From Candidatus Pacearchaeota archaeon (lineage in GTDB: Archaea > Nanobdellota > Nanobdellia > Pacearchaeales > GW2011-AR1): a stretch of DNA of 43,027 bases. The notes beneath the pieces were generated by a model. It worked only from the letters and a program-made list of their open reading frames with translations. It had not been told where the DNA came from and ran no database searches. Location of the stretch: positions 1-43,027 of the forward strand of contig JAUYJY010000058.1 in the NCBI GenBank assembly GCA_030699205.1, read 5' to 3'. A program made the translations under genes and the position numbers. How positions within the stretch are numbered: position 1 is the first letter of the stretch; the number at the start of each line of letters is the position of its first letter. This document shows positions 26,693 through 33,462 of this stretch, in pieces.

Positions 26693-27031
26693 TTAATTTA
26701 AAATTTTCCCAATATTCATCTTTAATTCAGGTATATTTTCTTCTACAACTTTCCAAATAGTTTCTAAGTTAACACCAAAATAGTGATGCATCAGTTTATC
26801 TCTCATTCCCGCGATTTTAATCCATTCAATATGGGGATATCTTCTTCTAAAATTATCTGGGATATTCTTCACAGCCTCGCCAATCACTTCAATACTTCTT
26901 ATTAATGCATTTTGCAATTTTTTATCTTTTAAAAAGTCAGATTTAGCGATGCCCTTTGTAAATTCTTCAATATCTTTTATGGAATCGATTATGTGCCTTA
27001 AAAATATCAAAGAATCTTTCTTTTCATTCAT
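26693..27031 (-). CDS. hepT: HepT-like HEPN (DUF86) toxin
   Basis: R-x4-H motif in GMRDKLMHHYFGVN. 112 aa, overlapping the upstream NTase gene by 4 nt. Confidence 0.8.
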   Translation of the reverse strand: MNEKKDSLIFLRHIIDSIKDIEEFTKGIAKSDFLKDKKLQNALIRSIEVIGEAVKNIPDNFRRRYPHIEWIKIAGMRDKLMHHYFGVNLETIWKVVEENIPELKMNIGKILN

Positions 27032-27309
27032 AAAATATTGACCTCTTCACTTAATATTCTTTTTTTAAGCAGATAATTAATCCCCCCATAAGTAAGCAAA
27101 TCCACTTTTTTCTTCAGCACTTTCTTAATTTCCATTTCCATTTCAACTAAATCAAGCAAACTTCCATCAAAGTCAATCAAAATATCCACATCACTATTTT
27201 TTTTCTGCTCCCCTCTTGCGTAACTACCAAAAATTCCTGCTTTTTTTACCCCATACTTCTTCAAAACAGAAATTATTTTTCCCTTAATTTTATTAATTTC
27301 TTTATTCAT
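27028..27309 (-). CDS. mntA: MntA-like minimal nucleotidyltransferase antitoxin
   Basis: GIFGSYARGEQKKNSDVDILIDF (GS...DxD). Confidence 0.8.
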   Translation of the reverse strand: MNKEINKIKGKIISVLKKYGVKKAGIFGSYARGEQKKNSDVDILIDFDGSLLDLVEMEMEIKKVLKKKVDLLTYGGINYLLKKRILSEEVNIL

Positions 27310-27343
27310 AAAAATAAGTATCTTAATTGATATATAAAATTAT

Positions 27344-27510
27344 CCAATCAAAAAAAACTAAACACAGAAAAAACTATCAAGAATATTTGCCCAAAGACTA
27401 AATTATTAATTTATACAGTATCTCCGATGAGTTTTCTTAAGGGAACTTTGAATAATCAACCTTTCCTTCAAAGTTCTCTTAACTCTAAGATTTATCTTAT
27501 AAATCTTACA
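27344..27510 (-). repeat. F1: degenerate copy of the F repeat
   Basis: ccaatcaaaaaaaactaaacacagaaaaaactatcaagaatatttgcccaaagactaaatta aligns with F3. The distal part is decayed, with a ~40-nt insertion, and there is no ATG. Confidence 0.5.
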
Positions 27511-27623
27511 ATTATCCTGCAAAATCAGAGAGAGGATAATTATTTCTCGAGTAAATATTATCTAAAACCAGATGTCTGGTCTATGAGATAATTATTAAAA
27601 TAGTTTCTTTTGCAATTTAATTC

Positions 27624-27717
27624 TATAGTCTAAGACATTTATAATTGAAAGGTATTTGTCTTAGACTATTAGCAGAAGAACAAAAAACTGTTCAAAATAT
27701 TTTGTCTTCTGCTATAT
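27624..27717 (+). mobile_element. R-type MITE-like repeat, copy R5
   Basis: Canonical sequence. The stem-2 change agcGg to agcAg converts a G-T pair to A-T. Confidence 0.85.
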
Positions 27718-27785
27718 CTGAAATACCATCATAACAGAAAGATTTAAATAGTATAATCGTAATTATACTAATCGTAATTATACAA

Positions 27786-29108
27786 ATGGAATTCAAAGAC
27801 AGGAAAAACGAATTAAAAGAAATAAAAAGTATTTTAGATAGTAAGAACTTTGAATTTTTGATAATATATGGCAGAAGAAGAATAGGAAAAACAGAGTTGA
27901 TATTAGAATCAACAAAAAATAAAAAAAGAATTTATTATTTAGCAACAACAGAAAAGAACGCAGAAAGATTTTACAATGTATGCTTAGAATATAGTAAAGA
28001 TGTTGGAAAATTAAAACAAGATATTGAAATAATAATAGATTATTTAAAAGACAAGACAGAAGTTATAATAATTGATGAATTTCAAAATTTAATAAAAGAA
28101 AATGGCAATATTTTAAACATCTTCCAAAGCCTAATTGATACAAAATTAAAACACACTAAATTAAAATTAATATTGCTTGGTTCATCAGTTTCAATAATAA
28201 CGTCCAAGGTATTAAGCTATAAAAGTCCTTTGTACGGGCGAAGAACAGCATCTTTTAAATTAAAACCTATAAACTTCTTCGACTTAAAAGAATTCTTTCC
28301 AAATAAATCCTTGCAAGAGTTAATTGAAATATATGGTTTTTCAGATGGAATTCCATACTATATAATAAAGATTAATGAAAAAGAAAACTTTTGGAAATGG
28401 TTTGAAAATGAAATTAAACAAGAAAGAAGTTTTTTAAGAGACGAAATAGACTTTATAATGCGATACGAATTCGATAACCCGAGTACTTATAAAATAATTT
28501 TGGAAGCAATCGCAAATGGAAAAAGTAAATTGAATGAAATAAGGCAATATACCAAATTAGAAAGAACAGATATTAGTCCTTATATAAAAAATCTTTTAGA
28601 CGTTGATTTAATTAAAAGAGAAGTTCCTCTAACAGAGAACTTAAAATCAAGAAATGGAAGATACTTTATAAGTGATAACTTTTTATCATTCTGGTTTAGG
28701 TTTATTTATCCAAATTCAAGCAGTATAGAATCCGGATTATTCAAAATTGAAAGAATAAAAGAGAAATATGCAGAATACATTGGCAAGATATTCGAGAAAG
28801 TTGTATTGCAGTATATAATAAAAAATAAAATAATTGAAGCAGATAAAATAGGAAGGTGGTGGTTTAAAGATAAAGAAATAGATTTAATAGCATTAAATGA
28901 GAAAAATAAAGAGGCAACTTTTATAGAGTGTAAATGGAAAGAAGGTATAAATCCAATAAGCCTGCTTCATGATCTTAAAGAAAAGGCTATTCATTTCGAA
29001 TGGCATAATAACAAAAGAAAAGAAAAATACTTTCTTTTTGCTAAATCTTTTAGTAAAGAAATAGAAGATAAAGATGTAACTTTAATCGAGATTAAAGACA
29101 TGCAATAA
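27786..29108 (+). CDS. Archaeal-type AAA ATPase with a C-terminal DUF234-like (nuclease-fold) domain
   Basis: Walker A YGRRRIGKT and Walker B VIIIDEFQ. The C-terminal EIDLIAL...ATFIECKW resembles a D...ExK nuclease core. Confidence 0.75.
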   Translation: MEFKDRKNELKEIKSILDSKNFEFLIIYGRRRIGKTELILESTKNKKRIYYLATTEKNAERFYNVCLEYSKDVGKLKQDIEIIIDYLKDKTEVIIIDEFQNLIKENGNILNIFQSLIDTKLKHTKLKLILLGSSVSIITSKVLSYKSPLYGRRTASFKLKPINFFDLKEFFPNKSLQELIEIYGFSDGIPYYIIKINEKENFWKWFENEIKQERSFLRDEIDFIMRYEFDNPSTYKIILEAIANGKSKLNEIRQYTKLERTDISPYIKNLLDVDLIKREVPLTENLKSRNGRYFISDNFLSFWFRFIYPNSSSIESGLFKIERIKEKYAEYIGKIFEKVVLQYIIKNKIIEADKIGRWWFKDKEIDLIALNEKNKEATFIECKWKEGINPISLLHDLKEKAIHFEWHNNKRKEKYFLFAKSFSKEIEDKDVTLIEIKDMQ

Positions 29109-29113
29109 AGTAA

Positions 29114-29219
29114 TATAGTGCAACAACTTAGTTCTTCGGTTCTTTTTTGTTGTTGCACTATTAGCGGAGCAACTAAAAGCAACCGAAAGATTTAGTTGGT
29201 CTGCTATATATATTTTATC
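29114..29219 (+). mobile_element. R-type repeat, divergent variant R6 (R-b)
   Basis: It has the same termini and linker (tatagt...actattagcgga...tctgctata), but both stems and both loops are replaced by different, still complementary, sequences. Confidence 0.75.
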
Positions 29220-29234
29220 AAATCACAATCAAAA

Positions 29235-29366
29235 ACGCGAACGAAACAACAGAAGAAATTATCAAAAAAATTTGCGTAAAACCAAATTATAATTTAAGAC
29301 ACCAACTCTTTTTTGCATATGTTAAATAAAGATTTATTGTTTGTAAATATTAGTGGAATTAAGCCA
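29235..29366 (-). pseudogene. F2: truncated copy of the 5' end and promoter of the 698-aa gene
   Basis: The minus strand reads ATG CAA AAA AGA GTT GGT..., giving MQKRVGVLNYNLVLRKFF-stop. The upstream tttgtaaatattagtgg matches F0. Confidence 0.65.
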
Positions 29367-29412
29367 TTTCCCTTATAAGAATGTTTATAAGTTAAATTCT
29401 CTATTATTAAAA

Positions 29413-29775
29413 ATGGAAAAAGAATATAAATTATGGATGAAAAAGGCAGAAGAAGATTTAGACACGGCAAAGTATAATTTTGAAGGAAAAAAATTTTCGG
29501 CAAGCTTATTTTTTTCGCAACAAGCAGCCGAAAAGGCACTCAAAGCTTTTAACATAAAAATAAATAAAGAGTTAATTAAAACACATGATTTGTCTCTTCT
29601 TGCAAGAAAAGTAAATGCCCCTGTGGAAATAGAAAATTTGTGCAAATCCCTTAGTCCCGCATACCAATCAACGAGATACCCCGATATAATTCAGAAAAAT
29701 GACATGAAAGATGAGGCAAAAGAACTGCTCAAATCAGCGGAGGAAATTGTAGAATGGGCAAAAAAGAAATTATAA
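29413..29775 (+). CDS. HEPN-domain protein (classical HEPN, partner of the downstream NTase)
   Basis: 120 aa starting from MEKEYKLWMKKAEEDL. The patterns FSQQAAEKALKA...HDL..L and YQSTRYPD are typical of HEPN. It overlaps the NTase gene by 22 nt. Confidence 0.7.
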   Translation: MEKEYKLWMKKAEEDLDTAKYNFEGKKFSASLFFSQQAAEKALKAFNIKINKELIKTHDLSLLARKVNAPVEIENLCKSLSPAYQSTRYPDIIQKNDMKDEAKELLKSAEEIVEWAKKKL

Positions 29776-30071
29776 GAATGATTAATGGCTTTATAAAAAA
29801 AGCACAAAAAGAAATTGCAATAAATAAAGTAATATTATTTGGAAGCCAAGCATCTAATACAACGCATAAAGACAGCGATATAGACTTAATAATAGTATCT
29901 CCAGATTTTGAGAGTATGAGTGCTATTCAACGTGCCGCAAAACTATACAACTATTGGGAAGCCCTGTATCCTGTGGATTTTATTTGTTACACTCCAAAGG
30001 AATTTAATATTCTAAAAAGAAGAATTACCATTGTAAAAGAAGCTCTTTCCAAAGGAATTATTGTAGTCTGA
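29754..30071 (+). CDS. Minimal nucleotidyltransferase (MNT-type)
   Basis: LFGSQASNTTHKDSDIDLIIVSP (GS...DxD). Confidence 0.75.
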   Translation: MGKKEIIRMINGFIKKAQKEIAINKVILFGSQASNTTHKDSDIDLIIVSPDFESMSAIQRAAKLYNYWEALYPVDFICYTPKEFNILKRRITIVKEALSKGIIVV

Positions 30072-30076
30072 ATTTT

Positions 30077-30213
30077 TTATCCAATCAAAAACGCAAAAGA
30101 AACAACAGAAAAAACAATTAAAAATATCTGCCCGAAAACTAAATTATAATTAAAAACCTTTCCTCTCTTTTGCATATAAAAGATAACAACTTATTGTTTA
30201 TAAATATTGGTGG
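30077..30213 (-). pseudogene. F3: near-identical truncated copy of the promoter plus the first 32 codons of the 698-aa gene
   Basis: The minus strand 30175->30077 encodes MQKRGKVFNYNLVFGQIFLIVFSVVSFAFLIG-stop. F0 encodes ...FTQIFLIVFSVVSFAFLIGETQ. The ~55 nt around the ATG and TATA box are almost identical to F0. Confidence 0.8.
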
Positions 30214-30221
30214 AAATTAAA

Positions 30222-30692
30222 TTAATTTCCATCTCCTTGTTTAGAAAGATAACCATGTAAATAACCACTGATATACTTTTTAATCATCTTGTCCCTTTCA
30301 TCATCTTTTTTGATATGCTTATATCTCTCTCTAGCATTTTCCATAGCTCTCATTAATACTTTCCGAGGAATATTGTTTTCTCTTAAAATTTCAAAAATCT
30401 CCTTCCCACTATTTTGAGTATAACTTCCATTTTCTTGCCCTGTATAAACATTAACTTCACTCCTCCCAACATCAGCAATCACAGCTCTATTTATTGCACT
30501 CCCAAGAAGCGACGCAGCAGGGCTCCCTTTACTGGCCCCCAATCCTCCAATACCAGAACCAAGAAGAAGTCCTCCGACCTGTGAATCTGTCATTCCACAT
30601 CCAGAAGTCAAAGAACCAGCCACAAGAACCAATCCAGCCAATCCACCTTTGACGGCTCTCCCCAAACCACTTTTCTGTGAATCAGAAACCAT
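30222..30692 (-). CDS. Glycine-zipper lipoprotein-like protein
   Basis: Lipobox-like LTSGC and a GxxxG-rich segment GGLLLGSGIGGLGASKG. The C-terminal half is charged and helical. GC is visibly higher than in the neighbouring sequence. Confidence 0.55.
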   Translation of the reverse strand: MVSDSQKSGLGRAVKGGLAGLVLVAGSLTSGCGMTDSQVGGLLLGSGIGGLGASKGSPAASLLGSAINRAVIADVGRSEVNVYTGQENGSYTQNSGKEIFEILRENNIPRKVLMRAMENARERYKHIKKDDERDKMIKKYISGYLHGYLSKQGDGN

Positions 30693-30823
30693 ATTCTTTC
30701 AAGATCAAATCTCTATTTAAACTTTCTGTAGTTTTAGGCTTTGCATGAGATTCGGGTGTTTTCATAGAAAATAACGGGAAATAAAATTCTTCTCTGCTCT
30801 TTTTATATTCACTTTTCTCATAA

Positions 30824-30917
30824 TATAGTCTAAGACATTTATAATTGAAATGTGTTTGTCTTAGACTATTAGCGGAAGAACAAAAAACTGTTCAAAATAT
30901 TTTGTCTTCTGCTATAT
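30824..30917 (+). mobile_element. R-type MITE-like repeat, copy R7
   Basis: Canonical termini and stems. Loop 1 differs (ttgaaatgtgt). Confidence 0.85.
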
Positions 30918-31080
30918 TATAAATAGTGTTGGTTATTAATCAAATTTTCCATATTTTAACTCATATTTAATAATACAACCCCTAATGGTAAAATAGAACG
31001 GAAAATAATTCTAGGTGATTGATTGATTTACAGGTAGGAATAATTAAATCTCACGCAAATCCGTCGTTTTATCCCAACAA

Positions 31081-32628
31081 TCATATTTCTTCGCTTGTAA
31101 CTTTATACCCAGAATCATATCCTTGTCTTCCAAGCCAATTCAACGAAGGTCCGCAATCTCCCAATGCACTGCAAATTTCTCCCTTGTCTTTTTCCCATTC
31201 TTCTGTAAGGCATTCGCATCCCTCAACACATTCTTCTCCCCCAAACAATCCTTCTTCAAACTTTACAATGCAGACAGCATTTCCTTGTGAGCAAATTTCA
31301 AGTGTTTCTGCATCATCCCAGAAGTTAAATCCTGGAGAATTTTCAGGAAAGCAACTGCCAGTTCTCTCCGTTGTATTTGTTTGCAAGATGACCCCTTCCT
31401 TCCAGAAACAATCTCCCTTATCTTCATTTTCACAATCTCTTTGCTCTGTCTGTCCGGCACAATACTGCCATCTATTTACTTTACAAACTGCTTGCGAAAA
31501 ACCAGAAGTTTCTTCTTGGATGCATTCTTCCGCCCTAAAGTCAGAGCATTGTTCTAAAACTTCTTCTCCATTAATACAAAGATGCCTATAAAACCTGCTT
31601 CCAACCGTATTTTTGCCGTCCCCAATACTTCCAAAATCATCATTCACACACCAGCTTTCTCCATGCAAATAATCATTTCCATTCTCTGTATCTTTACAGT
31701 TTAAATCAGCACATATAAAATCTCCATAAGTCGCAGATTTACCTGCGATATTCTCTGCCCTGCAATAGCTTCCTTCCAGATAATTGCAATTTCCACAAGA
31801 ACTACTTCCAGCATTTCCACTTCCCGGACTGCAACTCTCATCTTTTGGTTTTATATTGGTCCAATATTCCGCGTCATTTACTTTACTTGCATCATAAATA
31901 TTTGCGGTATTCCCGCAAGAATCTATAAAATAAACCTCATCATTCCCTGGATTGCATGTTGTTTGCGTCGTTGGTCCGCAATTAGTCCCCAACTCTTCGG
32001 CACTGCATAATTTTCCGGAATAAAAATTTCCATCTGTAATAGTTATATTGCTTTCTCCCGTGCCTGCTTTCTGTGACCCTTCACATTCACTTCTCGTAGT
32101 AAATTCGCACGTCTTTTCAAATTCAAACTCATAAACACAAGCACCCCTCTCTTGTGTCTGCACTTTTTGTATGCACGCAAGTTCGTTCTGGACAGAAGTA
32201 TCATAATTTGTTTTTAATCCAAGAGACGCAGATAGTTTCTTGCATCTGACTAAAGAAACAAAAGCCGCCTGGTCTCCAAGAATACAGCATCCCAATGCAC
32301 ATTGAGGCGGGCTTTCTTCACTCCAAACGCCCCCATTATCATTGCAAACTAATTGGGGAGTGTTATCTAAACAAATTCCTTCAGAAGAATCATAGCAAAC
32401 CCCTGGTCTGCAATAACTTGTTGAATCACACGAAGTAGGCACTGCCCTCGCACCAGGAGCACATTCTTCGGCAGGCACATTCTGACAGGAAGCACCTGTA
32501 TTTGTCTGCTCACAACACACCGTCGCCGAACTTCCCTGTGCAAAAACAAAATCCGTATTAAAATAAAAAACTCCCCCTGATAAAACTAATAAAAACACAA
32601 TCCATATAGCAATTATTTTTCTTTTCAT
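31081..32628 (-). CDS. 515-aa secreted cysteine-rich protein, a paralogue of the N-terminal domain of the 1333-aa protein
   Basis: The start was moved to MKRKIIAIWIVFLLVLSGG (a Sec-type signal), whose ATG lies 1 nt after the upstream gene's stop. I count about 43 Cys. EVYFIDSCGNTANIYDASK matches EVYFIDSCGNRGNIYDSNK, and SALGDCGPSLNWLG matches MSLGDCGASVNYNG. Confidence 0.75.
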   Translation of the reverse strand: MKRKIIAIWIVFLLVLSGGVFYFNTDFVFAQGSSATVCCEQTNTGASCQNVPAEECAPGARAVPTSCDSTSYCRPGVCYDSSEGICLDNTPQLVCNDNGGVWSEESPPQCALGCCILGDQAAFVSLVRCKKLSASLGLKTNYDTSVQNELACIQKVQTQERGACVYEFEFEKTCEFTTRSECEGSQKAGTGESNITITDGNFYSGKLCSAEELGTNCGPTTQTTCNPGNDEVYFIDSCGNTANIYDASKVNDAEYWTNIKPKDESCSPGSGNAGSSSCGNCNYLEGSYCRAENIAGKSATYGDFICADLNCKDTENGNDYLHGESWCVNDDFGSIGDGKNTVGSRFYRHLCINGEEVLEQCSDFRAEECIQEETSGFSQAVCKVNRWQYCAGQTEQRDCENEDKGDCFWKEGVILQTNTTERTGSCFPENSPGFNFWDDAETLEICSQGNAVCIVKFEEGLFGGEECVEGCECLTEEWEKDKGEICSALGDCGPSLNWLGRQGYDSGYKVTSEEI

Positions 32629-32629
32629 T

Positions 32630-33388
32630 TTACACATACCCTTGAGGCCACACAAGGCTTCTCGAAGCAAAAGTAAACTCATCTCCTGTAATAACATTCC
32701 TTAATTTATATATTGTGTCTCCATTCCTTTTTATCTTTTCCATATTCAAATCAGGATAATAAGAAATATATAAACTCGTCTCCGCATCTCCAAAAGTGGA
32801 TTCAAACTGAATTATATTTGTTGCCAAAGAAAGCAAATCATACAATTCGGAGTTAATTGAAACAGCAAATTTACTAAACGTCTGTACTGATTCTTTTTCA
32901 ATGGTCATCGGAGAAAGAAAATTCACTGCAATTTTTCCCAATTCAATATCTACCTCAACTTGCCCTTGAGTTGTCCTCACGCTATATCCTTGGCTTTTGT
33001 ATTGCTCTTCCAAATTCTTTACACATTGTCTTGCTACTGGTTCTATTTTTCCCTTAATTTCTTCTTCCATATGTTTTACCAATAAAGGTTGTTGAACCTT
33101 GCATGGTAAATAATTTTCCGAAGTATAGCAAAGATATTGTATTTTATTATCTAAATACATCAGATAATTATCAGGCTCCAAATATCCCCCTTGCTTGCTT
33201 AAAACTGAAAGAGTATCTTTGACTTCAGATTCAATGCAACTTCTCAAATAAGAACTTGGATTTACCTCACTGCTTAAAATACTAACTCCAGGAAAGAAAA
33301 AAAGCAAGGTAATTCCGACAACTATCACTATTGCAATAATAATAAAAATAGTCACCTGCCCTCTTTTATCCATTATTATTTTACTCAT
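32630..33388 (-). CDS. Prepilin-like protein (class III signal peptide), 252 aa
   Basis: The N-terminus is MSKIIMDKRG|QVTIFIIIAIVIVVGITLLFFF. It is a paralogue of ORF 37470-38234. Confidence 0.65.
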   Translation of the reverse strand: MSKIIMDKRGQVTIFIIIAIVIVVGITLLFFFPGVSILSSEVNPSSYLRSCIESEVKDTLSVLSKQGGYLEPDNYLMYLDNKIQYLCYTSENYLPCKVQQPLLVKHMEEEIKGKIEPVARQCVKNLEEQYKSQGYSVRTTQGQVEVDIELGKIAVNFLSPMTIEKESVQTFSKFAVSINSELYDLLSLATNIIQFESTFGDAETSLYISYYPDLNMEKIKRNGDTIYKLRNVITGDEFTFASRSLVWPQGYV

Positions 33389-33462
33389 AGTTTATTTATA
33401 AATAATTGCTCTTTCCATTTTATCAATCATTTAGAAGATAATTTCTTCAAACATAGATTTTC

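Noticed and set aside
26386-30213. The F and R repeats considered as integron attC sites, or as a diversity-generating retroelement TR/VR pair
   Set aside because: I could not find attC core sites (RYYYAAC/GTTRRRY). There is no integrase or reverse transcriptase in the window. The differences between F copies are not adenine-specific. The cassette-like organisation is still reported as a finding.
11782-30917. The R repeats considered as a CRISPR array
   Set aside because: The copies are 94 nt long and occur in both orientations. They are separated by 1.4-12 kb of coding DNA rather than by regular 30-40-nt spacers, and no cas genes are present.
31019-31591. 190-aa plus-strand ORF, together with similar antisense ORFs listed in the track (for example 26086-26496, 22302-22793, 4612-5346, 34835-35167, 36267-36611, 38740-39099, 19219-19725)
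   Set aside because: Each lies entirely inside, and antisense to, a longer ORF with recognisable motifs or paralogues. Their translations are low-complexity (Ser/Pro/Leu/Phe-rich) shadow frames.
32629-32697. N-terminal extensions of the track ORFs (31081-32697, 33463-37494, 240-887, 29353-29775, 9540-11531)
   Set aside because: The extensions overlap upstream genes or repeats and precede much better starts followed by signal peptides (MKRKIIAIW, MNKGKALFEIF, MSTQKKIF) or domain starts (MDVPLHEI, MEKEYKLW).
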